Assembly: GCF_006345805.1 (NCBI RefSeq)
Contig: NC_043005.1
Span: 74,524,001 to 74,588,000 of the forward strand
DNA: 64,000 nucleotides
Direction: 5' to 3'
DNA from: Octopus sinensis
Lineage: Eukaryota
Shown: in pieces, positions 1 to 12,604 of the stretch
How positions within the stretch are numbered: position 1 is the first letter of the stretch
Layout: every line of letters begins with the position of its first letter
The notes under the pieces: generated by a model
Seen by the model: the letters and a program-made list of their open reading frames with translations, nothing else
Database searches by the model: none
What the model was told of the DNA's origin: nothing
Program-made: the position numbers and the translations under genes

Positions 1-231
1 TGCTATATATATGTCTATGTATATATGTAGAAGCAGAATTAGGTAAGTTGATATATGTTTGTCACATATTTCAACTGCTTAAAGGCAAATACACTGCAGT
101 TACCATGGAGAATAAACCTCTCTTATGGTAAAAAGGTGTGAAAACACCCAGTCGTTCAGTGTCACCCTCTATTAGGAATCCCAGATATTGATGTTTTGAG
201 TTTATTGGCTCTTATCAATTAGATGTATCTA

Positions 232-646
232 AGGGAAGCAACTCTAAACGAACTTAATAAAAGCTGTAACTTTATATATAACTATCACTATGACCCAGCA
301 ACGCCGGGGCATAGTGCTAGTGCATGCATATACAGCTGTGTGCGTGCGCACATACACATGAGTACTGACCAAATCTCCGACCAATCATATACAGCTAGCT
401 GGCATTCAATTGGCGTATCAAGTTTCGGGCATTTTGAATGGGTTTTGGATAGAAAATTCACAAAAAAGTCATTTCTATTGATTTTTTTAATGGCTTTGTG
501 GGGTGACTGAGGAAATGTAAAGATGTGCATGACCACCCTTGGACGGTTTTGAATGACCATAGAAAATGCGAGCCCTCTAACTGAAAAATTGTGGATTTGT
601 ATAAAGGACACACACAGACAGACATTTTTGCTGTTATATATATAGA
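232..646. mobile_element. Two converging Helitron fragments: + strand 3' end (CTAG at 317-320) and - strand 5' end (TC at 646-645)
   Basis: cccagcaacgccgggg hairpin plus CTAG|t; on the - strand TCTATATATATAACAG followed by tgtctgtctgtgtgtg. Confidence 0.6.
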
Positions 647-697
647 GATTCAGTCAACACATAGACTAATTTGCACTAGTAGATCGCTCAATCAAGG

Positions 698-1054
698 TAA
701 ATAACAAGGTGTCAGTGCTAAGTAGTGTGTAAGCATGAGCAGAATTAAGTAAGATGAAATATGGTCGGCACCTCAACTGTTAAATGGCAAATACACCTGC
801 AGTTACTGTGGTAAATAAATCTCTCTTGTGGTGTAAAGGTGTGAAAACACCCTGTTTGTTCAGTGTTGCCATCTATGAGGAATCCCAGACATCGATGTTT
901 CAAGTTTGACTTTTTTCAGGATGTGCCTAAGGGAGATTTATTTTCTCCACAGTAACTGCCTTTTAGCAGTTGAAATATGTGACAAACATATTTCAACTTC
1001 CCTAATTCTGCTCATAATTATACACTGCTTAATGCTGACACTTTGTTTTATTTA
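698..1054. mobile_element. Inverted-repeat (MITE-like) element; a related direct copy lies at about 30-205
   Basis: About 698-812 is the imperfect reverse complement of about 930-1054; 725-905 aligns directly with 30-205. Confidence 0.65.
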
Positions 1055-1480
1055 TATATATATATATATTTAAGCAAAAAAGCTAGTTCTAAAATCTAAG
1101 AGATTGTCATAGTAGTTGTACTAGAAAGTAATGCTCGTAGCCACTTTAACATGGACATCTCCTCTAGCTGGTTAACAATGCACAGCTGCATCTGATACAT
1201 TGCAAGCAGGGGAGCAAACTCCTACCACACGCACATGGTGGATAATATTGTTTTGCTAAATTACCTATCAAAGGATGGCAAATAATCTTATTGGTCAAAG
1301 AAATTTGAAACCATGGTATAACCGGTAATAAAAATAACAAGGTAAAAGTTTTTATTTTTCATTTACTTCGAAAATTGCTATTAGATCGTGATTTTGGCCA
1401 TGTTGGCTGCTATTTCTAGCATGTAAAAATTACCTGTTAAAGGGTAGTTTTCTTTTGTGTTTAAATGTACACTATTTTAA

Positions 1481-1519
<39 letters not shown>

Positions 1520-1520
1520 C

Positions 1521-1866
1521 TGTGTCGGTGGCACATAAAATCACCCACTACACTCTCGGAGTGGTTGGCGTTAGGAAGGGCATCCAGCTGTAGAAACACT
1601 GCCAGATCTGACTGGACTGGTGCAGCTTTCGGGCTCCCCAGACCCCAGTTGAACCGTCCAACCCATGCTAGCATGGAAAGCGGACGTTAAATGATGATGA
1701 TGATGATGTACACATACCATCATTCTTGTTTAACGTCCACCTTCCATGCTGGCATAGGTGGGAGGTTTGACAGGAGCCGGCCAGGCAGAAGCCTGCACCA
1801 GACTTCTGTGACTGTTTTGGCAGGATTTTTACAACTGGATGCCCTTCCTAACACCAACCACTCAGC
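1521..1866. mobile_element. Two family B SINE/RTE-tail repeats, tail to tail (1521-1710 +, 1722-1866 -)
   Basis: Core gtggttggcgttaggaagggcatccagctgtagaaa...gcatggaaagcggacgttaaa(tga)n. Other copies at about 6461-6645(+), 13134-13375(-), 13760-14012(+), 16291-16620(-), 28490-28790(-), 37060-37245(-), 46070-46210(-), 46570-46710(-), 55322-55560(-), 59925-60065(+), plus their duplicates in the second tandem unit. Confidence 0.85.
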
Positions 1867-2500
1867 TGAGTAGACTTAGTCCTTTTTTATGTGGCACAAG
1901 CACAGGCAAGGTCAGTTTTGACAGGGTTTTTACAGCTGGATGTCCTTCCAAATGCTAATCACTTTACAGTGTGAGCTGGATGCTTTTTAAGTGGCACCTG
2001 CACTAACAGAGTCACCAAGTACCTTGTAAGACAAGAAAAAAAAACTTTTGAGAGGGGAAAGGGAATTGGAGAAGGTGATCTTCTGTCAGATGATGAAAGG
2101 TTATAGTGAGACAGGTACAGAAAGAGGTGCCTTGCTGTAGAGGAAGTACAAGGTTACCCGGCTGGAGAGAGAGAGAGAGATCAGAAATGAAAACAGAAAC
2201 AGGTGTGCTGCTGCAAAGGAGATACATGGTTACCCAACCCGAGGGAAGTGCAGGAGAAGGAGAGAGAATGTGGGAGAAAGCAGGATAGAGATGGTAGCAG
2301 AGTGCCGGGCATACTCACAAAGGCGGGGGATCCGAATATAAAGAGGATGGTTGAGTAAAGGAAAAGAGAGATATAGAGGGTGGCAAGTGTCAGGGCATAT
2401 TCTTGAGGTTCAGATGTCATAATATATATTCTGAGCCGGTAGAATTGTTAGCACGTCAGATAAAATGCTTAGCGACATTTTGTCCGAATTTACGTTACAA

Positions 2501-2899
2501 GTGCAGGAGTGGCTGTGTAGTAAGTAGCATGCTTACCAACCACATGGTTTTGGGTTCAGTCCCACTGCGTGGCACTTTGGGCGAGTGTCTTCTACTATAG
2601 CTTTGGGCTGACCAAAGCCTTGTGAGTGGATTTGGTAGACGGAAACTGAAAGAAGCCCGTCGTATATATATATATGTATATATGTATGTATGTGTGTGTA
2701 TGTGTCTGTTCCCCAACATCGCTAGACAACCGATGCTGGTGTGTTTACGTCCCCGTAACTTAGCAGTTCGGCAAGACAGACCGATAGAATAAGTACTAGG
2801 TTTACAAAGAATAAGTCCTGGTGTCGATTTCTTTGAGTAAAGGCGGTGCTCCAGCATGGCTGCAGTCAAATGACTGAAACAAATAAAAGAGTAAAAGAA
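2501..2899 (+). mobile_element. tRNA-derived SINE family A (~400 bp), full length
   Basis: A-box-like TGGCTGTGTAG and B-box-like GGTTCAGTCCC head, internal (TA)/(TG) tract, tail gctccagcatggc...gactgaaac and (TAAAAGAG)n. Further copies at about 5700-6035(-), 9664-10047(+), 10168-10510(+), 11840-12255(-), 12370-12720(-), 15869-16220(+), 18110-18990(-), 22149-22500(+), 24400-24645(-), 29735-30075(+), 33900-34920(-), 39640-40000(-), 58390-58560(+), 62820-63180(-). Confidence 0.9.
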
Positions 2900-3506
2900 T
2901 ATATATATATATATATATATATAAATATATATATTTGGTAGGAATAGATATATTAATATTTGATCCAGCTAAAACAATGCAAAGTGCACTGTGACCAGCA
3001 GTGTATAACAACATCCAGTAGTCTGGTTGATCACACAATCTCACAAGTATAGCTGAAAGACTTCAACTAAAGTAAACCCAAAATAGACTCAGTGGGATGT
3101 GATTGCAATGTAGAACATTGTGAGGGACAGAACAGGTAAAGCAGCTAACGATGATTTGTTCATGAAGAGCCTAATTATGAACTGGTTCAGCTACTCTTAA
3201 CAATTGGATGGGTTTCCTCCAGAAACTGTTCAGCCCCAGTTCAAGTAGACATATGATCAAATACATTCTGGCAATTACGATCCTGTCTTTTTTTCTTTCT
3301 TCTATCAGACACAGTTTACCTAGGATTACATCACTCAACATGTCCTTCCTTCCGTTTCTTTTCTAAGACAGTAGGGTCTTTCCCCTCAATCCTCCACTAA
3401 CTCATTCACACACAAATGCATAAAAATGTTTAACAATAAAGCATTCAACACCGATAACAGAGAACAAAAAAAAAAAGAAAGAAAGAAAGAAAGAAGGAAT
3501 AGATAC

Positions 3507-3622
3507 TCATATTCCACTGCAATAGCACTCTTGGTGGTCTTTGATTTCCTTAACAAATGAAGATGGTGCCATTTATTTATATAATTGGTGACTAGTTCTG
3601 TCAATGTTATTAGAATCCGGCA
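3507..3622 (-). CDS. CENPI: CENP-I exon, last found (CRILITLTELVTNYINKWHHLHLLRKSKTTKSAIAVEY)
   Basis: tattcag|TGC acceptor; the donor GA|gtatct is weaker; 116 nt, phase 0-2. Confidence 0.72.
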
Positions 3623-6600
3623 CTGAATAAAACAAAACAAGGATTAGTCATAGACATTTACAAGAACTATAAAGAGATTTAAAAGCGGTGCTCCAGCATG
3701 GCCACAGTCAAATGACTGAAACATGTAAAAGAGTAAAAAAGATTAATATTGTTGTGTGTCAGTAAGTCTCAATTTAGTAAACTAAAGGAATGAGTTTATG
3801 TTTATGTGCCAATGCTTTGTACATTCATTGTATCTGTCGAAAGTATTATTTATATCTGTATTTTCTGATGAACGGCATTGTTAGAAACTGCAGAGAAGGC
3901 CTCTGAGTGGGTTTGGGATGAAGAGGGGAGATTACTGCTATTGGGATGCTAAGTTGGGACTTGATCAATCCTGGCTGGGTCAACTGGGTGAGTGGGGTTT
4001 GATGTTAGAAGACCCAAACCCCAGTGGAGACCCTAGAAACATCACTGAACATTTGCAAGATGCATCTTAGAAACTAATAACAATCTCCTCATCCCATATC
4101 CCTCTGCCTCCTCTTCCCCAAAGTTTCTCTGCCTCCTTGACACTCCTCCTCACCTTCCTGCATGAAACCCCTACACTGGTCTTTCCTTCAAGGATTCACC
4201 CAGGTTTCCTCTCCCCATTAATCTATTGCTTCCTTCCAAACCCTTTTCTCTCATATCTTCTGCCCACACTAGCCCCTTATGATATTGGATAGCCCACTGC
4301 TTTTTCTCAACCCTGTCACTACTTCTGTGAAGTGGTTGAAGCTAAGAAGGGCAACCAACGATAGCAATCAGACCAAAGAGGCCCTTGGTCTATGACACAT
4401 ACACATTAGACCCTGTGAAACAATCCTACCTGTGCCAGTATAGAAACTAGATGTAAAGTGGTTGATATTAGGATAAGCAGCCAGCCATGGCAACCAGGCC
4501 AAGGACATTGGTGCAGGAGTCAGTCCATCGACTCATCAAACCCTGTCACACTGACCAACCTGTGCCAGCACAGAAGCTAGATGTTGAGGAAGATGAAGAA
4601 GAAGAAGGAAGAGGATAAATACAGAGGTCAAGCATTTCAGAGCATTCTCTTGAAATAAAAAGAAATGATTATCACATTTGCAAAAAGTAAATATCAATTG
4701 AAACAGAATGAAGAAGAGAAGAGAAATATTAAAAGAGTAATGCAATATTCTGATTTTACCTTTAAATAAGTTCCACGTCGGAAAAATATTTTCCTCAGGG
4801 GATCTAACAGAATCTGATGTAGTTCTGAATACGATATTTGAAAGGAAAATTAGAAAAGACAAAAAAATGATAGATATCAGTAAGAAAGTAAAGATTTACA
4901 ATAACTTATCACTGAAAATATAAAATTTTTAGATAATTTCTTCCTTGAATTAAAAAGTTTGCAGGTGTAGCTTTTGTAAAAGCTGCAAACCTAGGCCACG
5001 TCTGATCCAAAAATCTGATTCAAGCCCAGGCTATCCCTGCTCGAATAATCAATGGTGACTTCACCAATTAATATTCTGCAATAGTTGATAATATACAAGA
5101 TGAGCTACAATGAATCACCTCATCACAAAGTGCGTATGCATGGGATTAGGGACCACAAGTGGCCTTGTGTTCCCACTGAAACTATAAACATGAAATCTAC
5201 ACCCCAACAGCAAATGACAACCATAGCTACAGTGTTCAAGCTTCACTACAGCTGACTGTCTGACATGGTGAACTCGCTGGTTGGAGCTGGTTCATTTCAG
5301 TCCAGGGTAATGCCACAACAAGCACAAGTATTGGATGAGATACCTTGCAATAATTGTTTCAGCTCTTAGCATTCAGAGTTCAAATCCCACCATGGCCTAC
5401 ACAATCGACTCAGATGCAAACATTGAGGCCAAATCTCCAGTCTGAAAGATTAACCACCTACGTCCCCCAACCACCAGTATCAAAGACCCTATAAAGGGTC
5501 ATGGGCACCACCCTTCCTGCCTCACTAAAAGATTTAAAAAAATAAAAACGATTACCAAGAACTAAGTAAAAACTTTCAAGAGTTTCAGCTGAGAAAATAG
5601 ACAAGTTGTCATTGCGTTTAAAAACACACAGAATGTAAGGATCTTTTCGGTTGATGCCAAAGATTTGGTAATTTTAAGATCAAGTAAAAATTTTCAAACT
5701 TGGAGTGTTGAAACTCTTTTACTTGTTTCAGTCATGCTGGAGTACCACCTTTAGTCGAGCAAATCGACTCCAGGACTTATTCTTTGTGAGCCTAGTACTT
5801 ATTCTATCGGTCTCTTTTGTTGAACCACTAAGTTATGGGGACATAAACACACCACCATCAGTTGTCAAGCGATGTTGTGGGGACAAATACAGACGCATAT
5901 ATATATATACATATATATGATGGCTTCTTTCAGTTTCTGTCTACAAAATCCACTCACAAGGCTTTAGTCGGCCTGAGGCTATAGTAGAAGACACTTGCCC
6001 AAGGTGCCACGCAGTGGGAGGACTGAACCCCAAACCATCAAACTTGGAGTGTTGATGTAAATTTTCACACTGAATCTGGGATTCATTTATTCCCAGGAAA
6101 ATTAGAAAAATATTACAGAGTTTCAAAGTTTGATAACTTAGTTCAGGCAGACAACAGGAATTGGAAGATGAAAACCTTCTGGAGGATAACTGTCAGAAAA
6201 TGACAAATGATAGATACAACACAGCAGAAAATGATATCACTCATCAAAACTTGAGGTGGTTAAAGTGTCACAGTGATGCAAGTTCCATGTCTTTCTTACA
6301 ATGGAAACAAGGCTGACTACAGCTTTGCTATTTTCTTTGGAAACAAACACCAAAGTGAGATGTATGGTTGAGAATAAAACTGAAGAAATATGAAATCTCT
6401 GACAGCAACCAAAATGATCTGAATATAGTGGTGGTTAATCTAGTCAAATATTTCATTTATGTGTCGGTGGCACATAAAATCACCCACTACACTCTCGGAG
6501 TGGTTGGCGTTAGGAAGGGCATCCAGCTGTAGAAACACTGCCAGATCTGACTGGCCTGGTGCAGCCTTCGGGCTTGCCAGACCCCAGTTTAACCGTCCAA

Positions 6601-9600
6601 CCCATGCTAGCATGGAAAGCGGACGTTAAACGATGATGATGATATTTCTAATTGTGACCATTCTATTTTATTCTAAGACTTACAATTTATAAGCATATAT
6701 TTCTTTTATCTTTTACTCGTTAGAATGCTGCCATGCAACGGTGCAACCTTGAGAGAAATGGAAACAGCAACACTGCCATAACTTACATGGAAACCACGAA
6801 TGTGCTTTTAAGGGAGGTAAGAGAAACACTTGAAAGTCAATGTAAGATCGTAATACTTCATGTAAAGTAACTATAACAAATAATCCAGAACCTTTGTGTG
6901 TTACAGGATTGATCTCATAATCTAATCAGTTTGCGCCAGTCACGAGACCAAACATCCCTGAAAGTTTCATCTGAATCCATCCAGCAGTTCTTGAGATATC
7001 TTGTCCACAGACAAACAAACAAACACAACTGAAAAACAATACCTCTGCCTTTGCTAAGGCGGACGTAATAACATTAACAATGAAAGCTATAGGGAGACCA
7101 CCAATAAAAAGTTCTCATCTAATTTCAATCAAAGTGATTTACATATCACCATGAATTCAAAAAGCAGTTATCGTTTTTTATTCCATTCCAGAGTTCAGAA
7201 TTAGCTCTTTCATGTCAACAATCTTGTCATTCTCTATTTCTGTCTTTTTTTTGAGGATAATCAAAATATAATAAATATATTATTAGTAAAACATAAATCA
7301 TTAACTATATTTTAAAAACCATACTTACCTGAAAACTTGTGTATTCGGATGTGTGGAATCAATTTAAAAATGGACTGATTAAAATGAAATCCATCCCAAG
7401 TATCAAGGAACTGGTACAGAAAATATTCAATAGCTGGGGTGCCTTCCTGATTGGGGTAGAAATAAAATATAAATGAATTAATTCATTACCATCATGCTAA
7501 AATAATTCTGTAAGAAAAATGCAATAACAAAAAAAAAAGTCTAAATCCACATTCTCCATAAGCCCTGGGGTTGATTTGTCCGACTAAAGGCAGTGCTCCA
7601 GCATGGCCGCAGTCAAAATGACAAACAAATAAAAAAATAAAAGAATCTTGAGCTTGTATAATCAGGACTGACCTAGTGCTCATTCATACAATTCTATAAA
7701 TAAACCTCTTTTAACACTTTTTATTAAAGATTAACCAATCATGAAAAAAAATGAGAAACCTGTTTTTCACCAAACATGTATTACAAAATGATGTTTCGCA
7801 TTGATTATATAAGTTGAAAAATATCTATATATATAAAAGTGAAGTTGTGTGAGTGTCTGTCTCCTACGATTTAGATTCCTAACTACTCCCACATTTTGCG
7901 GTGCAGTTTAACCAAATTCGGGTATCTTATAGTCGTGATTCATATCGAGCCCGTCTGGGTATTAGCGCGCGTCTACGATGAGTCTACAATTTAAAAATAA
8001 TTTAACATCATTTTTTTCCATTTCTTCCAATTTTATCGTGTGTCGATGGCGGCGGAGTTGGCGTCCATGCTCACACCTGCACCCGTGTTGCTTCTCCCCC
8101 CCTCGTGAAGCTGTGGGGAAGGGAGTGTAAGGAAATCAACGTCGTAAAGCGTTGTCAAGGAGACCAGCGTTCTTTTAGAACGACGACTTCATGGCTTGAA
8201 GTCGCCAAAACAGAAATCGCTAAAAAAGCTGAAACAGATCCACAAAAACGGCAAAAACCGCCACACAGGGCAGGTTTCCTGTGCAAACAATTTGCACAAC
8301 CGAATGTTTTAGTTGTTGCACAAATCTTTATATATAAAAGTGAAGTTGTGTGTCTGTCTCCTGCGATTTAGATTCCTAACTACTCCCACATTTTGCGGTG
8401 CAGTTTAACCAAAACCGGGTATCTTATAGTCGTGATTCATATTGAGCCCTTCTGGGTATTAGCGCGCGTCTACGATGAGTCTACGATTTTAAAAATAATT
8501 TAACATCATTTTTTTCCATTTTAATGCATTTTTTTGCTATTATATAAGGGAAGTAACTCTCTAAAAATGTCTACGATGAGTCAACGATTTAAAAAAATTT
8601 ACTATAATTTTTTTGCTATTTTTTGGCTATAACTCTCTAAAAATGCTTTATAGTTATTTCCCTTACAAACCCGAGCAACGCCGGGCGATACTGCTAGTAT
8701 AATATATAAGCAAACGGAAAACAGACACAGAAGGCAACCAAATCCTCATCAGTTATCGCCCAAAGGATCCAATGACGAAAGTGAAGCAAGTTAGCAATAA
8801 CAGTTTTGAAAGGGACGTAACTCTGTGTTAGTCCCTGACTGAACTTAGCAATGTTTCCCTAAGACCACATAAATCTCACCTAACACTTAGAATTTGTCCA
8901 AAGGAAAGAAAAGGGCTGCTCCCCATCTTTCAAATAATAATCTTGAAAGAAAGTAATGAGAGTCATTAAAAAGGAAACGATAATGAATTCAACGTTTTAG
9001 CTTCATTCACTTCTTTCTTCTCTCAACAATTCATTGATGTTGTTTTACTTTAGGTCAGCCTCAGTCCAAAAAAAATCTATAATCAGAGACATTCCATCCT
9101 TGCTCATTTTGAATTTTTAGGGACTTCTAGGACTATATTATCTAATATGACCTATTGGCTTAATATCTCAAGATAATTCATGCAGAAAAACGCTTTGCCA
9201 GAGAGTTGCAGCTCTTGAAATGAAAGATGAAACAAATGTGGAGTGTAGGGGATGAAACACAGCAGATAAATTGCAAGACAATGAGGTACAAATGTTTCAG
9301 TGGGGCTGGCCTGGCTGGAAGGGACCAAGAGTTTGTTCGTTCAGAAAAATTCTTTAAAAACAAAGAAAAAAAGACCTAATTACTTTTCTACTACTGATTA
9401 GGTTTTCCCAACAAAGCAACCCTTCGATGAAAATAATATTTAGCAATTTCTATAATAACAATATACTAGAATATGAAGCACTTCAATTTTTACCAAAAAA
9501 GAAAACAAACCCAGTTGTAGTAAAGGTAGAAGTAGGAAAGGAATGGCCTGGGAGTCCATGGTTGAATTATGGTGATGAATGGGACTTCGTCAATAAGTTT

Positions 9601-12062
9601 TAACTGATTTCCTTTGAGTATGGTCCAAGATGTTTGTACATGTAGCTTCAGCATTGTTCTACGTTGGAGTGGCTGTGTGGTAAGTAGCTTGCTTACCAAC
9701 CACATGGATCTGGGTTCAGTCCCACTGCGTAGCACCTTGAGCAAGTGTCTGCTATTATAGGCTTGGGCCAACCAAAGCCTTGTGAGTGGATTTGGTAGAT
9801 GGAAACTGAAAGAAGCCCGTCGTATATATGTATATATATATATGTGTGTGTGCATATGTTTGTGTCTGTGTTGGTTCCCAAACAAGGCTTGACAACCGAT
9901 GCTGGCGTGTTTATGTCCCAGTAAGTTAGCGGTTCAGCAAAAGAGACTGATAGGCTTACAAAGAATAAGTCCTGGGGTTGATTTGCTCGACTAAAGGCGG
10001 TGCTCCAGCATGGCCACAGTCAAATGACTGAAACAAGTAAAAGAGTATATTGGAGAAGTTCTCTAACATGGGTATTAAGTGAGCTTTATCAAAAGTCAGC
10101 CACTAAATATTCTGACTTCAAAAAGGAAACCTAATATGAGATTGCCACACAAAAGATCATCAATCATAGGTGCAGGTATGGCTGTATGGTAAGAAATTTA
10201 CTTCCCAACAACATGGTTCCAGGTTCAGTCCAACTGCATGGCAGTTTGCACAGGTGTCTTTTACTATAACTCTGAGCTGACCAAAGCCTCGTGATTGAAT
10301 TTGGTAGACAGACACTGAAAAGAAGCATGTCGTATATGTATGTGTGTGTGTTTGTGAATGTGTGCCTTTGTGTCTGTGTTTGTCCCACACCACCTCCTGG
10401 CAACTGATGGTTAGTTTATGTCCTTTCTGTAACTTAGCAGCTCAGAAGTAGACTGATAAAACAAATATATATCTGATTCAGAATGCTTCAAGTTGGTGCC
10501 CCGGCATGGCAGCAATATCTATAATAATAACATTCTACAATATCGAGAACTTTAATTTTTGTCTAAAAAAGAGAAATAACATCAAAAAACAAAGTAATTT
10601 ACAATTATCAAAATCACAGAAAATAAAAAAGGTAAAATAAGTACCTTAGTACGACGCATGAACCCTGCTAACTTTGACAGAAACTCTTCCAGATAATCAT
10701 AATTTGGTACACTGTTTTCTATAAAAGCTGCAGAAGAAAATAAAGCATACTGGATTCAGTAAGAATAAAAATCTGAGATAAGATGGCATACGTATGTACA
10801 CAAATATATATATATACTAGCAGTATCGCCCGGTGTTGCTCGGGTTTGTAAGCGAAATAACTATATAAGCATTTTTAGAGAGTTACTTCCCTTATAGATG
10901 CCAATTCGGGCTTTCTTAGCCATTTCTGTTTTGGTGTCTTCAAGCCATGAAGTCGTTGTTCTAAAAGAACGCTGGTCTCCTTGACAACGCTTTACGACGT
11001 TGATTTCCTTACACTCCCTTCCCCACAGCTTCACGAGGGAGGGAAGAAGGGGGAGAAGCAAACAGGTGCAGATGTGAGCGTGGACGCCAACTCCGCCGTC
11101 ATCGACACACGAAAAATTATGCATTAAAATGGAATAAAAAATGATGTTAAATTATTTTTTAAATCGTAGACTCATCGTAGACGCGCGCTAATACCCAGAC
11201 GGGCTCGATATGAATCACGATTATAAGATACCCAAATTTGGTTAAACTGCATCGCAAAATGTGGGAGTAGTTAGGAATCTAAATCGAAGGGGACAGACAC
11301 TCACACAACTAGTTTTATATATATAGATATACACACACACACACATATATATATATATGTACATACATATGTTAATGGTTGTTTATGTTCATTTATCATG
11401 AAAACAATTTGACATTAATTTGATGGGTTACTTTATACTTCTCTAGAGTACAAATTCATAATTCTTAAACAAGAATACTGTTGACAGAGACTTTGAAGTT
11501 TTGGCCGGTTAAGCCATTGTTGGACTGTCTTATAATAGCTTAACTGACTTAAACTTTGAAATCACTGTCAATAATGTTCTTGCTTAAAAATAATAAGCAC
11601 ATACATTATGGGCCCTCCCTTCATTGGATGACGCATGAGAAGTCAGCCATTTCTAGCTGTAGAACCACACAGGCGACTTGTTTATAGTAAATAAATGTAT
11701 GTGCTGAATATTAGCTCACTCCCTCCATCAAATCGACATACTTGTACAGGTGCACAACATGCCACATGTCAGATGAGGAAATGCTTGCGGAGCAATGTGA
11801 AATGAAGTGTTTTGCTCAAGAATACAATGCCATACTCTTTTACTCTTTTACATGTTTCAGTCATTTGACTGTGGCCATGCTGGAGCACCGCCTTTAGTCC
11901 AGCAAATCGACCCCGGGACTTATTCTCTTGTAAGCCCAGTACTTATTCTATCGGTCTCTTTTGCCGAACCGCTAAGTAACGGGGACGTAAACACACCAGC
12001 ATCAGTTGTCAAGCAATGCTAGGGGGACAAACACAGACACACAAACACATATACACACATAC

Positions 12063-12093
<31 letters not shown>

Positions 12094-12256
12094 CGACAGG
12101 TTTCTTTCAGTTTCTGTCTACCAAATCCACTCACAAGGCATTGGTCGGCCCGGGGCTATAGCAGAAGACACTTGCCCAAGATGCCACGCAGTGGGACTGA
12201 ACCCGGAACCATGTGGTTGGTTAGCAAGCTACTTATCACGCAGCCACTCCTGCACC

Positions 12257-12313
<57 letters not shown>

Positions 12314-12565
12314 TATGTTGGTGCAAACAGGAAAAATATAACTCAAAACATGAGTATATTCTTTCACTCTTTTACTTGTTTTAGTCATTTGACTGTGGCC
12401 ATGCTGAAGCACCATCTTTAGTCGAACACATCAACCCCAAGACTTCTTTGTAAGTCTAGTACTTATTCTATCAGTATCTTTGGCTGAACTGCTAAGTTAC
12501 AGGGGCGTAAACACACCAGCATCAGTTGATTGTTGGGGGACAAACACAGACACACAAACACATAT

Positions 12566-12604
<39 letters not shown>

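Noticed and set aside
2960-3052. Possible further CENP-I exon (AILVRLCDQPDYWMLLY...)
   Set aside because: It needs phase 1 but the preceding donor is phase 2, there is no convincing donor, and motif similarity is weak
9490-9660. Open stretch LKLIDEVPFITIIQPW... on the - strand
   Set aside because: Exons 10645-10727 and 7329-7446 join directly in frame with a good family match; this ORF starts inside a SINE
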